Below are positions 30,582 to 38,309 of a DNA stretch of 64,000 nucleotides, one piece after another. The notes beneath the pieces were generated by a model. It searched no databases. It had not been told where the DNA came from and worked only from the letters and a program-made list of their open reading frames with translations. The DNA lies in the NCBI GenBank assembly GCA_038867895.1, contig JAWBXL010000003.1, forward strand, positions 9,474 through 73,473, given 5' to 3'. Origin of the DNA: Candidatus Bathyarchaeia archaeon (GTDB taxonomy: Archaea > Thermoproteota > Bathyarchaeia > Bathyarchaeales > DTEX01). How positions within the stretch are numbered: position 1 is the first letter of the stretch; every line of letters begins with the position of its first letter. The position numbers were made by a program, and so were the translations under genes.

Positions 30582-31642
30582 AAGCCTATTTAGAGGAGAC
30601 TGCCAGGAAGATTAATGCCCATATAGAGAAGTATATTCCAAGGCTCCTCTCTGGAGACTCGCTGATTTTCAGGATTCTTCCGCCTAGATATCGCCTAGAC
30701 TTTAATGCTCTTAATAGGGCTATTAACGAACCGTTATGGGAGTTCCTTGACAGGGGTGGTAAGCGGTGGCGCCCGGCGCTATTCCTTCTAATATACGAGG
30801 CTCTGGGAGGAAAATCTGAGGATGCCTTAGATTTCGCTATAATCCCAGAGGTTATACATAATGGAACATTAATAGCCGATGATATTGAGGACTCATCTGA
30901 GATGAGAAGGGGTAAACCCTGCACATATAAAATTTATGGCTTAGACATAGCCATAAACCTATCACAGTCAATGTTCTTCCTACCAATGATTGTCTTAAGT
31001 GATAAGCGGGATAAAATCCCCCCAGATGTCGCAAGGAGGTTATATGAGGTTTTTATCCAGGAGATGATAAACCTCAGCTTCGGACAGGCAATTGACATAG
31101 CTTGGCATAAGAATTTGGTTCCCGTAGAGGATCTCTGCGAGGAGCATTACCTGCAGATGTGTGCTTATAAGACTGGGACTCTCGCGAGAATGTCCGCGAA
31201 GATGGCTGCGGTCCTAGCCGGGTCGAGTGACAATGTTATTGAAGGTGCTGGGAGGTTCGCCGAGTCCATAGGCGTGGCATTTCAGATTCAGGATGATATA
31301 CTGGATATAACAGGGGAAGAGTTCGCTAGGGGTAAGGGGGGTCTTGGCATGGATATAACAGAAGGAAAGATAACCCTGATGGTGATATATACGTTGCGGA
31401 GGGCTAATGAAGACGAGAGGGCGGAGCTTTTGAGGATACTTGGGATGCATACAAGGGATGAATCTCTTAGGATGAGGGCTATTGATATAATGCGGAAACA
31501 TGGTGCCATAGAATACGCAAGGAGCGTTGCCTCTAGTTTGGTTGAAGACGGCTGGAGCAACATAAATAAGTTAATACCTGAGGGAGATGTCAAGAAAAAG
31601 ATTAAGATGTTCGCAGAATATCTTATCCAGAGAAAAATATAA
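30563..31642 (+). CDS. idsA: Polyprenyl (geranylgeranyl) diphosphate synthase
   Basis: First and second Asp-rich motifs LIADDIEDSSEMRRGKP and FQIQDDILD. Confidence 0.85.
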   Translation: MDLFDIEAYLEETARKINAHIEKYIPRLLSGDSLIFRILPPRYRLDFNALNRAINEPLWEFLDRGGKRWRPALFLLIYEALGGKSEDALDFAIIPEVIHNGTLIADDIEDSSEMRRGKPCTYKIYGLDIAINLSQSMFFLPMIVLSDKRDKIPPDVARRLYEVFIQEMINLSFGQAIDIAWHKNLVPVEDLCEEHYLQMCAYKTGTLARMSAKMAAVLAGSSDNVIEGAGRFAESIGVAFQIQDDILDITGEEFARGKGGLGMDITEGKITLMVIYTLRRANEDERAELLRILGMHTRDESLRMRAIDIMRKHGAIEYARSVASSLVEDGWSNINKLIPEGDVKKKIKMFAEYLIQRKI

Positions 31643-31670
31643 TATATCTCTATTTAGGGGTTGCCCAGAA

Positions 31671-33434
31671 TTGAACTCCACAACAGTGAACTTTGACGCG
31701 GTTAGGGCTTTAGCAAAGAAGATTGCTCTGTTAAACGCAATCTCCTATGGAGGAAAGGCTCAGAGCAAGCCTGTTCTAGGAAGGATTCTGGGGGAAAGAC
31801 CTGATCTAAAGCCTCTTGCCAAGAATATTATGGCGATAGTTGAGGAGGTTGTTCAGGAGGTTAACAGTCTATCCCAGAGCGAGCAGACGATTCTCCTAAA
31901 AACTCTTTGGCCAGAAGCCTTGGCGGCTAAGGCTAAGGAGGAAAGGGCTGAGGAGAAGGGGCTTCCACCGCTACCGAATGTTGAGAAATGGGGGCGCGTT
32001 GTCACAAGGTTTGCGCCGAACCCCGACTGCGTCCTACACATAGGCTCCGCGAGGGCAATAATTCTCTGCTATGAATATGCTAAAATGTATAGGGGAAAGT
32101 TTATTTTAAGATTCGAGGACACGGATCCGAGGCTAAAGAAGTCCTCTCTGGAATTTATGGATTTAATAAGAAGGGATTTAGAGTGGCTTGGTTGTCCGCC
32201 GGATGAAGAATATATTCAAAGCGATAGAATAGAAATCTACTACAAGTATGCTGAGAAGCTCCTCTCTGATGGATGCGCCTACGTCTGTTTATGTAAGCCA
32301 GATGATTTTCATGCTAGGGTGATGGCTGGGGAGCCCTGCCCATGTAGGGATCTACCGCCTGAGGAGCAGATGCGCAGATGGGATGCCATGTTGGGTGGGG
32401 TTTATGGTGAGGGCGAGGCGGTGGTGCGCATAAAGACTGATCTGAAGCATCCGAACCCGGCGATCAGAGATTGGCCTGCCCTCAGAATAATAGATACAAA
32501 GAAGTACCTGCATCCAAGGGTTGGCTCAAAATATAGGGTTTGGCCGCTATACAATCTTGCCTGTGGGATAGATGATCATTTAATGGGGATAACACATATT
32601 ATACGTGGAAAGGAGCATTTAACTAATCAGGAGAGGCAGAAGTATCTATACCGCTATCTAGGCTGGGAGTATCCTGAAGCGATACATTATGGTAGGCTTA
32701 AGATTGTTGGCGCATCGCTCAGCAAGTCTAAGATTGTGCGCGGTGTAATTGAGGGCGTCTACACTGGATGGGACGACCCTCGCCTAGCAACTTTCCTGGC
32801 TCTTAAACGTAGGGGCATTAAACCAGAGGCTATAAAGAGGCTTATACTTGAGATAGGTCCTAGACCCGCTGATATAATAGTGAGCTGGGAGAACCTATAC
32901 GCCTACAATAAGAAGATAATTGATCCAGTCGCGAACAGATTATTCTTTGTCTGGGACCCAGTAAAGCTTACTGTTGAGGGCATTATAAGGGATTTTACGG
33001 CCGAGATACCCCTACATCCAGATCATCCAGAAAGGGGTAAGAGGGTCCTTAATATTAGGCCTGTGGATGGTGTAGCGCACCTTTTAATTTCTGGTAGGGA
33101 CGCTAGGCTCCTCCGCGCTGGTAGCATCATACGCTTAATTGAGCTATTTAACATTGAGGTTAAAGATGTAGGGGAGAATAATGTGAGGGCGGTCTTCCAC
33201 AGCGAATCCTATAATGAGGCCAGGAAATTTAATGCGCCCCTAATCCACTGGCTTCCGGAAGGGGGCGGTGTTCCATGCGAAGTGGTGATGCCGGATAACT
33301 CAATAATTAGCGGGCTTGCCGAGCAGACAATTAAATCTGCTAAAGTTGACGATATGGTGCAGTTCGAACGCTTCGGTTTTGTCAGAATAGAGAAAATAGG
33401 CGAAGAGATAACGGCCTTCTATGCTCATAAATAG
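31671..33434 (+). CDS. gltX: Glutamyl-tRNA synthetase (archaeal, with N-terminal appended domain)
   Basis: Class I HIGH motif (LHIGSAR), RFEDTDP, and LSKSK as the KMSKS variant. TTG 31671 is the first plausible in-frame start after the GGPPS stop. Confidence 0.9.
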   Translation: MNSTTVNFDAVRALAKKIALLNAISYGGKAQSKPVLGRILGERPDLKPLAKNIMAIVEEVVQEVNSLSQSEQTILLKTLWPEALAAKAKEERAEEKGLPPLPNVEKWGRVVTRFAPNPDCVLHIGSARAIILCYEYAKMYRGKFILRFEDTDPRLKKSSLEFMDLIRRDLEWLGCPPDEEYIQSDRIEIYYKYAEKLLSDGCAYVCLCKPDDFHARVMAGEPCPCRDLPPEEQMRRWDAMLGGVYGEGEAVVRIKTDLKHPNPAIRDWPALRIIDTKKYLHPRVGSKYRVWPLYNLACGIDDHLMGITHIIRGKEHLTNQERQKYLYRYLGWEYPEAIHYGRLKIVGASLSKSKIVRGVIEGVYTGWDDPRLATFLALKRRGIKPEAIKRLILEIGPRPADIIVSWENLYAYNKKIIDPVANRLFFVWDPVKLTVEGIIRDFTAEIPLHPDHPERGKRVLNIRPVDGVAHLLISGRDARLLRAGSIIRLIELFNIEVKDVGENNVRAVFHSESYNEARKFNAPLIHWLPEGGGVPCEVVMPDNSIISGLAEQTIKSAKVDDMVQFERFGFVRIEKIGEEITAFYAHK

Positions 33435-33450
33435 GACGCCTGATTTCTGG

Positions 33451-33476
33451 AAAATTTACTTTTAACCCTTTAAAAG
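33451..33476 (+). promoter_or_regulatory. Candidate BRE/TATA promoter of the L7Ae-S28e-L24e cluster
   Basis: The A/T-rich AAAATTTACTTTTAACCCTTTAAAAG includes a TTTAAAA box about 90 nt upstream of the L7Ae ATG. Confidence 0.3.
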
Positions 33477-33513
33477 TGGAACCGTAAGGTATATAGGGGG
33501 AAACCGCTCTCTT

Positions 33514-33542
33514 TAGGGTTGAATGATGAAACTGAAACTCTG
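33514..33542 (+). promoter_or_regulatory. K-turn/K-loop-like element in the L7Ae 5' leader
   Basis: UAGGGUU-GAAU-GAUGA-AA-CUGA-AACUCUG. It has a box C-like AUGAUGA (33523..33529) and a box D-like CUGA (33532..33535), flanked by a 7-bp stem UAGGGUU/AACUCUG that includes G-U pairs. Confidence 0.45.
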
Positions 33543-33561
33543 TTAATGAGGTGGATGGTGT

Positions 33562-33936
33562 ATGCCAAAACCGTTTTATGTTAAGTTTGAGGTTCCGTCT
33601 GAGCTGGTTAACGCGGTGTATGAGGCTGTGCAGGTGGCGAGTAGGACTGGGAGAGTTAAGAGGGGAACTAATGAGACCACAAAGGCTGTTGAGAGGGGGC
33701 TCGCTAAACTGGTCGTGATAGCCGAGGATGTTGATCCACCCGAGGTTGTAGCCCACCTACCACTATTATGCGATGAGCGCAAAGTACCATATCTATATGT
33801 TCCAAGCAAGGCTAAACTGGGCTCTGCCGCTGGGATAGAGGTTTCAGCAGCATCCGTCTGCATAATCGACCCAGGTGAGGCTGCCGACCTAGTGAAGGAG
33901 ATTATAAATAAGGTTCAGAAGATTAGGGGTGGTTAA
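33562..33936 (+). CDS. rpl7ae: 50S ribosomal protein eL8 / L7Ae (K-turn binding protein)
   Basis: [41 protein letters not shown] signature. Confidence 0.95.
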   Translation: MPKPFYVKFEVPSELVNAVYEAVQVASRTGRVKRGTNETTKAVERGLAKLVVIAEDVDPPEVVAHLPLLCDERKVPYLYVPSKAKLGSAAGIEVSAASVCIIDPGEAADLVKEIINKVQKIRGG

Positions 33937-33941
33937 GGCCC

Positions 33942-34190
33942 TTGAGTAAGAGGGCTACAAGGGAGACTAGAGAGGTTGAGAAGGAGGCTGCGGGCCCTCC
34001 AACGCCGGCTGAGGTAATCCAGATAATGGGGCGGACAGGTGTGACTGGCGAGATAGAGCAGGTTAGGGTTAGGATACTTGAGGGGCCTGATAAGGGCAGG
34101 ATAATAACTAGGAATGTTAAGGGGCCTGTTAGGCTCGGAGACATATTAATGCTTAGAGAGACTGAGAGAGAGGCTAGAAAGATAAAGTGA
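33942..34190 (+). CDS. rps28e: 30S ribosomal protein eS28
   Basis: [27 protein letters not shown]...[22 protein letters not shown]. Confidence 0.93.
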   Translation: MSKRATRETREVEKEAAGPPTPAEVIQIMGRTGVTGEIEQVRVRILEGPDKGRIITRNVKGPVRLGDILMLRETEREARKIK

Positions 34191-34243
34191 GATGGAATGT
34201 CTTTTATTCCAACAATAATATAATTTTAGGGTTGGAGGGTTAG

Positions 34244-34447
34244 ATGCCTAAGCCAAGAAGATGCATATTCTGCGGCCAGGAATTTAATCCTGGAACAGGG
34301 ATCATGTATGTTAATAATGATGGGTCAATATTATGGTTCTGTTCAAGTAAGTGTAGGAAGAACCATCTGAAGCTTAGCCGCGACCCCCGTAAGCTAAAGT
34401 GGACTATGTACTATGGAGTTGAGGAGAGAGCTAAGGCGAGAAGATAA
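34244..34447 (+). CDS. rpl24e: 50S ribosomal protein eL24
   Basis: [36 protein letters not shown] zinc-ribbon signature. Confidence 0.93.
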   Translation: MPKPRRCIFCGQEFNPGTGIMYVNNDGSILWFCSSKCRKNHLKLSRDPRKLKWTMYYGVEERAKARR

Positions 34448-34488
34448 TTGGCATCCAAAACCAAGAATTTTCTTTAACACCAATAGAA

Positions 34489-34914
34489 CTAAGTACTTTC
34501 TATCCAATGTGATCCTTTCTCTGTTACCTCTTTCTTCCATATCGGGACTTCTTTTTTCAGCCTTTCTATCAGCTCTATTATAGACTTAAATCCCTCCTCC
34601 CTATGCTTTGACGCGACAAGAGCATATACTATGTCTTCTCCAACCCCTACCTCTCCAATTCTATGCTCAACAATGGCGTCGATTATCCCATATTTGTTCC
34701 TTAAGTCCCCTATTATCTTTTCAAGAGCCTTTACCGCAGCTTCCTCGTAGGCCTCATACTCTAGCCTTAAAACCCTGCCCCCATCACCTCCAATACCTCT
34801 AGCTGAGCCGACGAAGATTATTACCGCGCCTACCTCGCTACTAGACTCTTTAATCTCGTTTAACAGGTGATTTATGTTGTCGAGCTTCTCTCCAACTTTA
34901 ACCTTCATCATCAT
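34489..34914 (-). CDS. moaE: Molybdopterin synthase catalytic subunit MoaE
   Basis: GAVIIFVGSARG...LEYEAYEEAA...HRIGEVGVGEDIVYALVASKHR...IWKKE pattern. ATGA overlap with moaD. Confidence 0.88.
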   Translation of the reverse strand: MMMKVKVGEKLDNINHLLNEIKESSSEVGAVIIFVGSARGIGGDGGRVLRLEYEAYEEAAVKALEKIIGDLRNKYGIIDAIVEHRIGEVGVGEDIVYALVASKHREEGFKSIIELIERLKKEVPIWKKEVTEKGSHWIEST

Positions 34915-35228
34915 CCGCCCCCGACTGGCGGCAGAATCGCAATCTCGTCTCCATCCTTTAACCTACAATTAATTCTGCTTTGTTCCCCATTAACAAATAC
35001 TATATAATTGTCTCTGAGGACTGGCTCTCCATCCTTATTGACGGCAACCTCCCCCATAACCGTCGTAAAGATCGTTTCCCTCCACTCCTTAGCCACGTTA
35101 CTATGCCTGCCCGGTATATATTTGAGGAGGAGTTCAGCTAAGCTGGCATCATTAACCTCATACTCCTCCTCCCTAACTCCGATGAGCTCGCGTATCCTAC
35201 CGAAATACTTAACCCTGACCTTAACCAT
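34911..35228 (-). CDS. moaD: MoaD/ThiS-family ubiquitin-like sulfur carrier (SAMP-like), C-terminal GGG
   Basis: Beta-grasp pattern VKYFGRIRELIG...DGDEIAILPPVGGG. Translationally coupled to moaE. Confidence 0.8.
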   Translation of the reverse strand: MVKVRVKYFGRIRELIGVREEEYEVNDASLAELLLKYIPGRHSNVAKEWRETIFTTVMGEVAVNKDGEPVLRDNYIVFVNGEQSRINCRLKDGDEIAILPPVGGG

Positions 35229-35290
35229 TCAACTTACCTCCAACCGAGCCCTATACTCCATAATACTTTAACTGGCCCTAAAATAATTCT

Positions 35291-35920
35291 TTATTTAATG
35301 TTTCTTAATCTTCCCTCTTTTTCCATTTGCCGTTGCTTCTCGATGTTCTTTAGGCGGGCTTGGAGGATCGCAATCTTCGTCTTCGATAACTTCTTTGTCC
35401 TGGCTCTTGCCCTCGCCTTTAAGGCTAAAATCTTAAAGGATTGTCTATCATCCCGTGTCTCCTGTCTCTCTCCCATCTTCTCTTGGCTGTTTTCCTTAAC
35501 AAATGTTACCTTTCTTCCCTTAAGATCTACCTCCTTTACGGCCCAGCCGACCGTTAGCCATGCCTCTGATGGTATGCGCCCCCTAACATTACTCCACCAG
35601 CTCCCTCGCGCATAGGCGGATTCTGGCAGCTTATCCCCAATTATCTCCTCTATCTTTTGGAAAGATATTGTAATCTCGTTTAAAGCCTTGGCTCTCTTGG
35701 CAAGGAAATTGCTGAGTCTCATATACTTGCTTTCGCGGGCTTTTGGCGTTACTCTTTTAGCGGCACATCTTAGGCATATTGTCACACCACCCTCAAATAG
35801 GACACAGTTTCCGCAGTAAATTAGCCCACAGCGGCTACAGGTGAAAAGTACGCTTCTCGGGTATATCTCCTCACAGAGAGCGCAGATATTGCCAACCTGA
35901 ATAATCTTTCTCCGGGTCAA
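35291..35920 (-). CDS. Eight-Cys zinc finger protein with basic C-terminal tail (hypothetical)
   Basis: Spacing is C13-x2-C-x11-C-x2-C-x4-C-x2-C-x9-C-x2-C52. A globular middle domain (ISFQKIEEIIGDKLPESAYARGSWWSN...GWAV) and a K/R-rich tail follow. Confidence 0.5.
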   Translation of the reverse strand: MTRRKIIQVGNICALCEEIYPRSVLFTCSRCGLIYCGNCVLFEGGVTICLRCAAKRVTPKARESKYMRLSNFLAKRAKALNEITISFQKIEEIIGDKLPESAYARGSWWSNVRGRIPSEAWLTVGWAVKEVDLKGRKVTFVKENSQEKMGERQETRDDRQSFKILALKARARARTKKLSKTKIAILQARLKNIEKQRQMEKEGRLRNIK

Positions 35921-35942
35921 CCCAAACCCTCAAAAATTTTCC

Positions 35943-36674
35943 TTATTTTTCTATAATTTTCTGGAGTATGCGCCTGACCTCTGAGGCAAACCTCGTTTTT
36001 AAGAGATCTTCAGCTTTCCCCAAGCTCTCCTCTAGGCTCTCATCGTAATGTATTTCTCCTAGGTATCTTTCTCCTATAACCTCTACCTCCCGCCTAATAT
36101 ATTCTGTATCACTCATCCTCATATTCTCGATAACACCTATAATAGGCGCCCCTATCTCTCTAAGGAGCATTATGAGTTTCTTCACCGTCTCAAAGGACAT
36201 CTTAGAGGGCGTTGTCACTATCAGATAATTTGCCCTCTTAACATACTTTAATATGTCCAGCATTAGGTCGCTTATTCCTGGAGGCATATCTATTATCAGC
36301 ATATCAAGTCTCCCCCAACTGGTGTATGCTAGAACTTCAAGCAAGATGTTTGTTAGGTCGGAGCCCCTTAATGGCGACAGCATGTCGCCGAGATAAAATA
36401 TTAGAGACATAAATTTTATGCCATGTATCTCGGGCGGCACGATCCCCCTATCCTCAATTGGCCGCAGGCTCTTGGCGTTTAATACCACATGCGTAGTTGG
36501 GCTCGTGAAGTCTATGTCTAGTAGCCCAGTTTTAAAGCCCTCTTTGGCTGATAATAGAGCCAGGGTTGAAGCTATAACGCTCTTTCCAACCCCACCCTTG
36601 CCGCTTGCAATGGTTATTATCCTGTTTATGGCGTTCATCCTATCATTTATGATGGTTACTCTGGGGTCAATCAT
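35943..36674 (-). CDS. Mrp/MinD-family P-loop ATPase (probable Mrp-type HypB)
   Basis: Deviant Walker A ASGKGGVGKS and Walker B LIIDMPPG. Starts 1 nt after the hypA stop. Confidence 0.75.
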   Translation of the reverse strand: MIDPRVTIINDRMNAINRIITIASGKGGVGKSVIASTLALLSAKEGFKTGLLDIDFTSPTTHVVLNAKSLRPIEDRGIVPPEIHGIKFMSLIFYLGDMLSPLRGSDLTNILLEVLAYTSWGRLDMLIIDMPPGISDLMLDILKYVKRANYLIVTTPSKMSFETVKKLIMLLREIGAPIIGVIENMRMSDTEYIRREVEVIGERYLGEIHYDESLEESLGKAEDLLKTRFASEVRRILQKIIEK

Positions 36675-36675
36675 A

Positions 36676-37074
36676 TTATCCTTCGCCCCTTATATCAGCT
36701 ATCCAAACCCCCCTTCCACCAGAGATCTCGAAGTCCGGGCTACCGCACATGGGGCACTTAACATATGCGTGGGCAACCTCCGGAACAAAATGTATTGCCT
36801 CCCTCACATCCCCTGGCAGGTTACTCTCCCTAAAAAGCCACTTGTGCCCACACACTTTACAGATGAACCTCGCCTTGACAGTCCTTATAATGAACTTAGC
36901 TTTGGCGAGCTTATCCGACCTCAGCTGCGTTAGGGCGAACTTAAGCACCTTCCTATCAACCTGCTGCAGTTCCCCAACTAACACTATCACACTATTAACT
37001 TCTCTTAGATTCTCCCTATCAGCAGCCTCCGAGACCGCGGAGATTATCGCCTCTGCTAGAGCCCACTCATGCAT
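36676..37074 (-). CDS. hypA: Hydrogenase nickel incorporation protein HypA
   Basis: MHEWALAEAII N-terminus (Ni site MHE) and a CxxC...CPMC zinc site. Confidence 0.9.
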   Translation of the reverse strand: MHEWALAEAIISAVSEAADRENLREVNSVIVLVGELQQVDRKVLKFALTQLRSDKLAKAKFIIRTVKARFICKVCGHKWLFRESNLPGDVREAIHFVPEVAHAYVKCPMCGSPDFEISGGRGVWIADIRGEG

Positions 37075-37146
37075 AAGAAAACTTTAGAATACCTCAGAAA
37101 TTAAAATATTTATGCATCCTGCAGTTAGGCTTAGAAGGTGTAAAAG

Positions 37147-38220
37147 TTGACTGTTAGCGAAGAATATGTAACTATGCTTTATGGCGCCGGCGGCTCATTT
37201 ATGCACGGCTTTATCAAAAAATATATTCTAAAGTATTTTGGGGATCTTGAGGTACCCGGCGTTGATGTCCCGTTAAAGGCTCTCGATGACGCGGCGGCCA
37301 TCGGCGACATGATTCTTAAGAGTGACTCCCATGTGGTTAAGCCAATCTTCTTTCCTGGGGGTGATATTGGACGTTTAGCCGTTTCTGGAACAGTTAATGA
37401 TATCTCCGTCATGGGCGCGCAGCCAATCGCGCTTGCATGCGGGCTTGTTCTTGAGGAGGGGCTGCCCTTAAGGGATCTACAGCGTATACTGATGAGTATG
37501 CGTGAGACCTGTCTTGAGGCGGATGTGGCGATAGTTACGGGGGACACAAAGGTTGTTGAGAGGGGCGGCCTTGGAGGCTGCATAATAAATACTTCAGGCG
37601 TAGGCTTCAGGACAGAGAACCTTGAAAAAAACCTTGAGGTTGTGAGGAGATATAGGGGAGATTTCATGGGTAGGTGGCTCTTAGACTCAAACTTGAGGGC
37701 TGGAGACAAAATAATTGTCTCCGGAACGATAGGTGAGCATGGGATATCAGTATTATCGGCTCAGGATGGATTAGATTTCGGCGGGGATGTAAGGTCCGAT
37801 GTTAGGCCCCTGAATAAGATGATCCAACGTATGCTCGGGGAGGTCGGCGGTGTAGTCTCAATGAAGGATCCGACTAGAGGCGGCTTGGCAGACGCCCTAA
37901 ACGAGTTTGCGGAGAAGTCTGGTGTTGGAATATTAATCTATGAGGATAGGATCCCAATAAGGGAGTCTGTTAGAGCCGCATGTGAGATGCTGGGCCTGGA
38001 TCCGCTTGAGATAGGTAATGAGGGTAAGGTTATTATAGGCGTTGTTAGGGAGAAGGCTGAGGATGTCCTAGATTTTCTTAGGGGAACTAGCGAGGGCAGG
38101 GATGCTGAGATAATAGGCGAGGTATCCGACAAGTTCAGTGGAGTTGTCATGGAAACCATTATCGGTGGAAAAAGGATTATACCGAGACCGATAGGCGATC
38201 CGATTCCAAGAATATGCTAG
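37147..38220 (+). CDS. hypE: Hydrogenase maturation protein HypE
   Basis: PurM-like fold (DDAAAIGD, GDTKVV, SMKDPTRGGLA) and the family-specific C-terminal PRIC. Confidence 0.92.
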   Translation: MTVSEEYVTMLYGAGGSFMHGFIKKYILKYFGDLEVPGVDVPLKALDDAAAIGDMILKSDSHVVKPIFFPGGDIGRLAVSGTVNDISVMGAQPIALACGLVLEEGLPLRDLQRILMSMRETCLEADVAIVTGDTKVVERGGLGGCIINTSGVGFRTENLEKNLEVVRRYRGDFMGRWLLDSNLRAGDKIIVSGTIGEHGISVLSAQDGLDFGGDVRSDVRPLNKMIQRMLGEVGGVVSMKDPTRGGLADALNEFAEKSGVGILIYEDRIPIRESVRAACEMLGLDPLEIGNEGKVIIGVVREKAEDVLDFLRGTSEGRDAEIIGEVSDKFSGVVMETIIGGKRIIPRPIGDPIPRIC

Positions 38221-38309
38221 AAGCCCCTTTTAGGCTATAAGTGAAACGCGGCGTTTCAGGGCGTCCCTTATCTTAGGCTTCTTACACATTAATGTCTTGG
38301 TGATGCGGG

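Noticed and set aside
31587-31670. Upstream extension of the GluRS ORF
   Set aside because: It overlaps the 3' end of the GGPPS gene, and the sequence (MSRKRLRCSQNILSREKYNISLF) is not GluRS-like.
37179-37709. 176-aa minus-strand ORF
   Set aside because: Antisense shadow of hypE, with P/S/R-rich composition.
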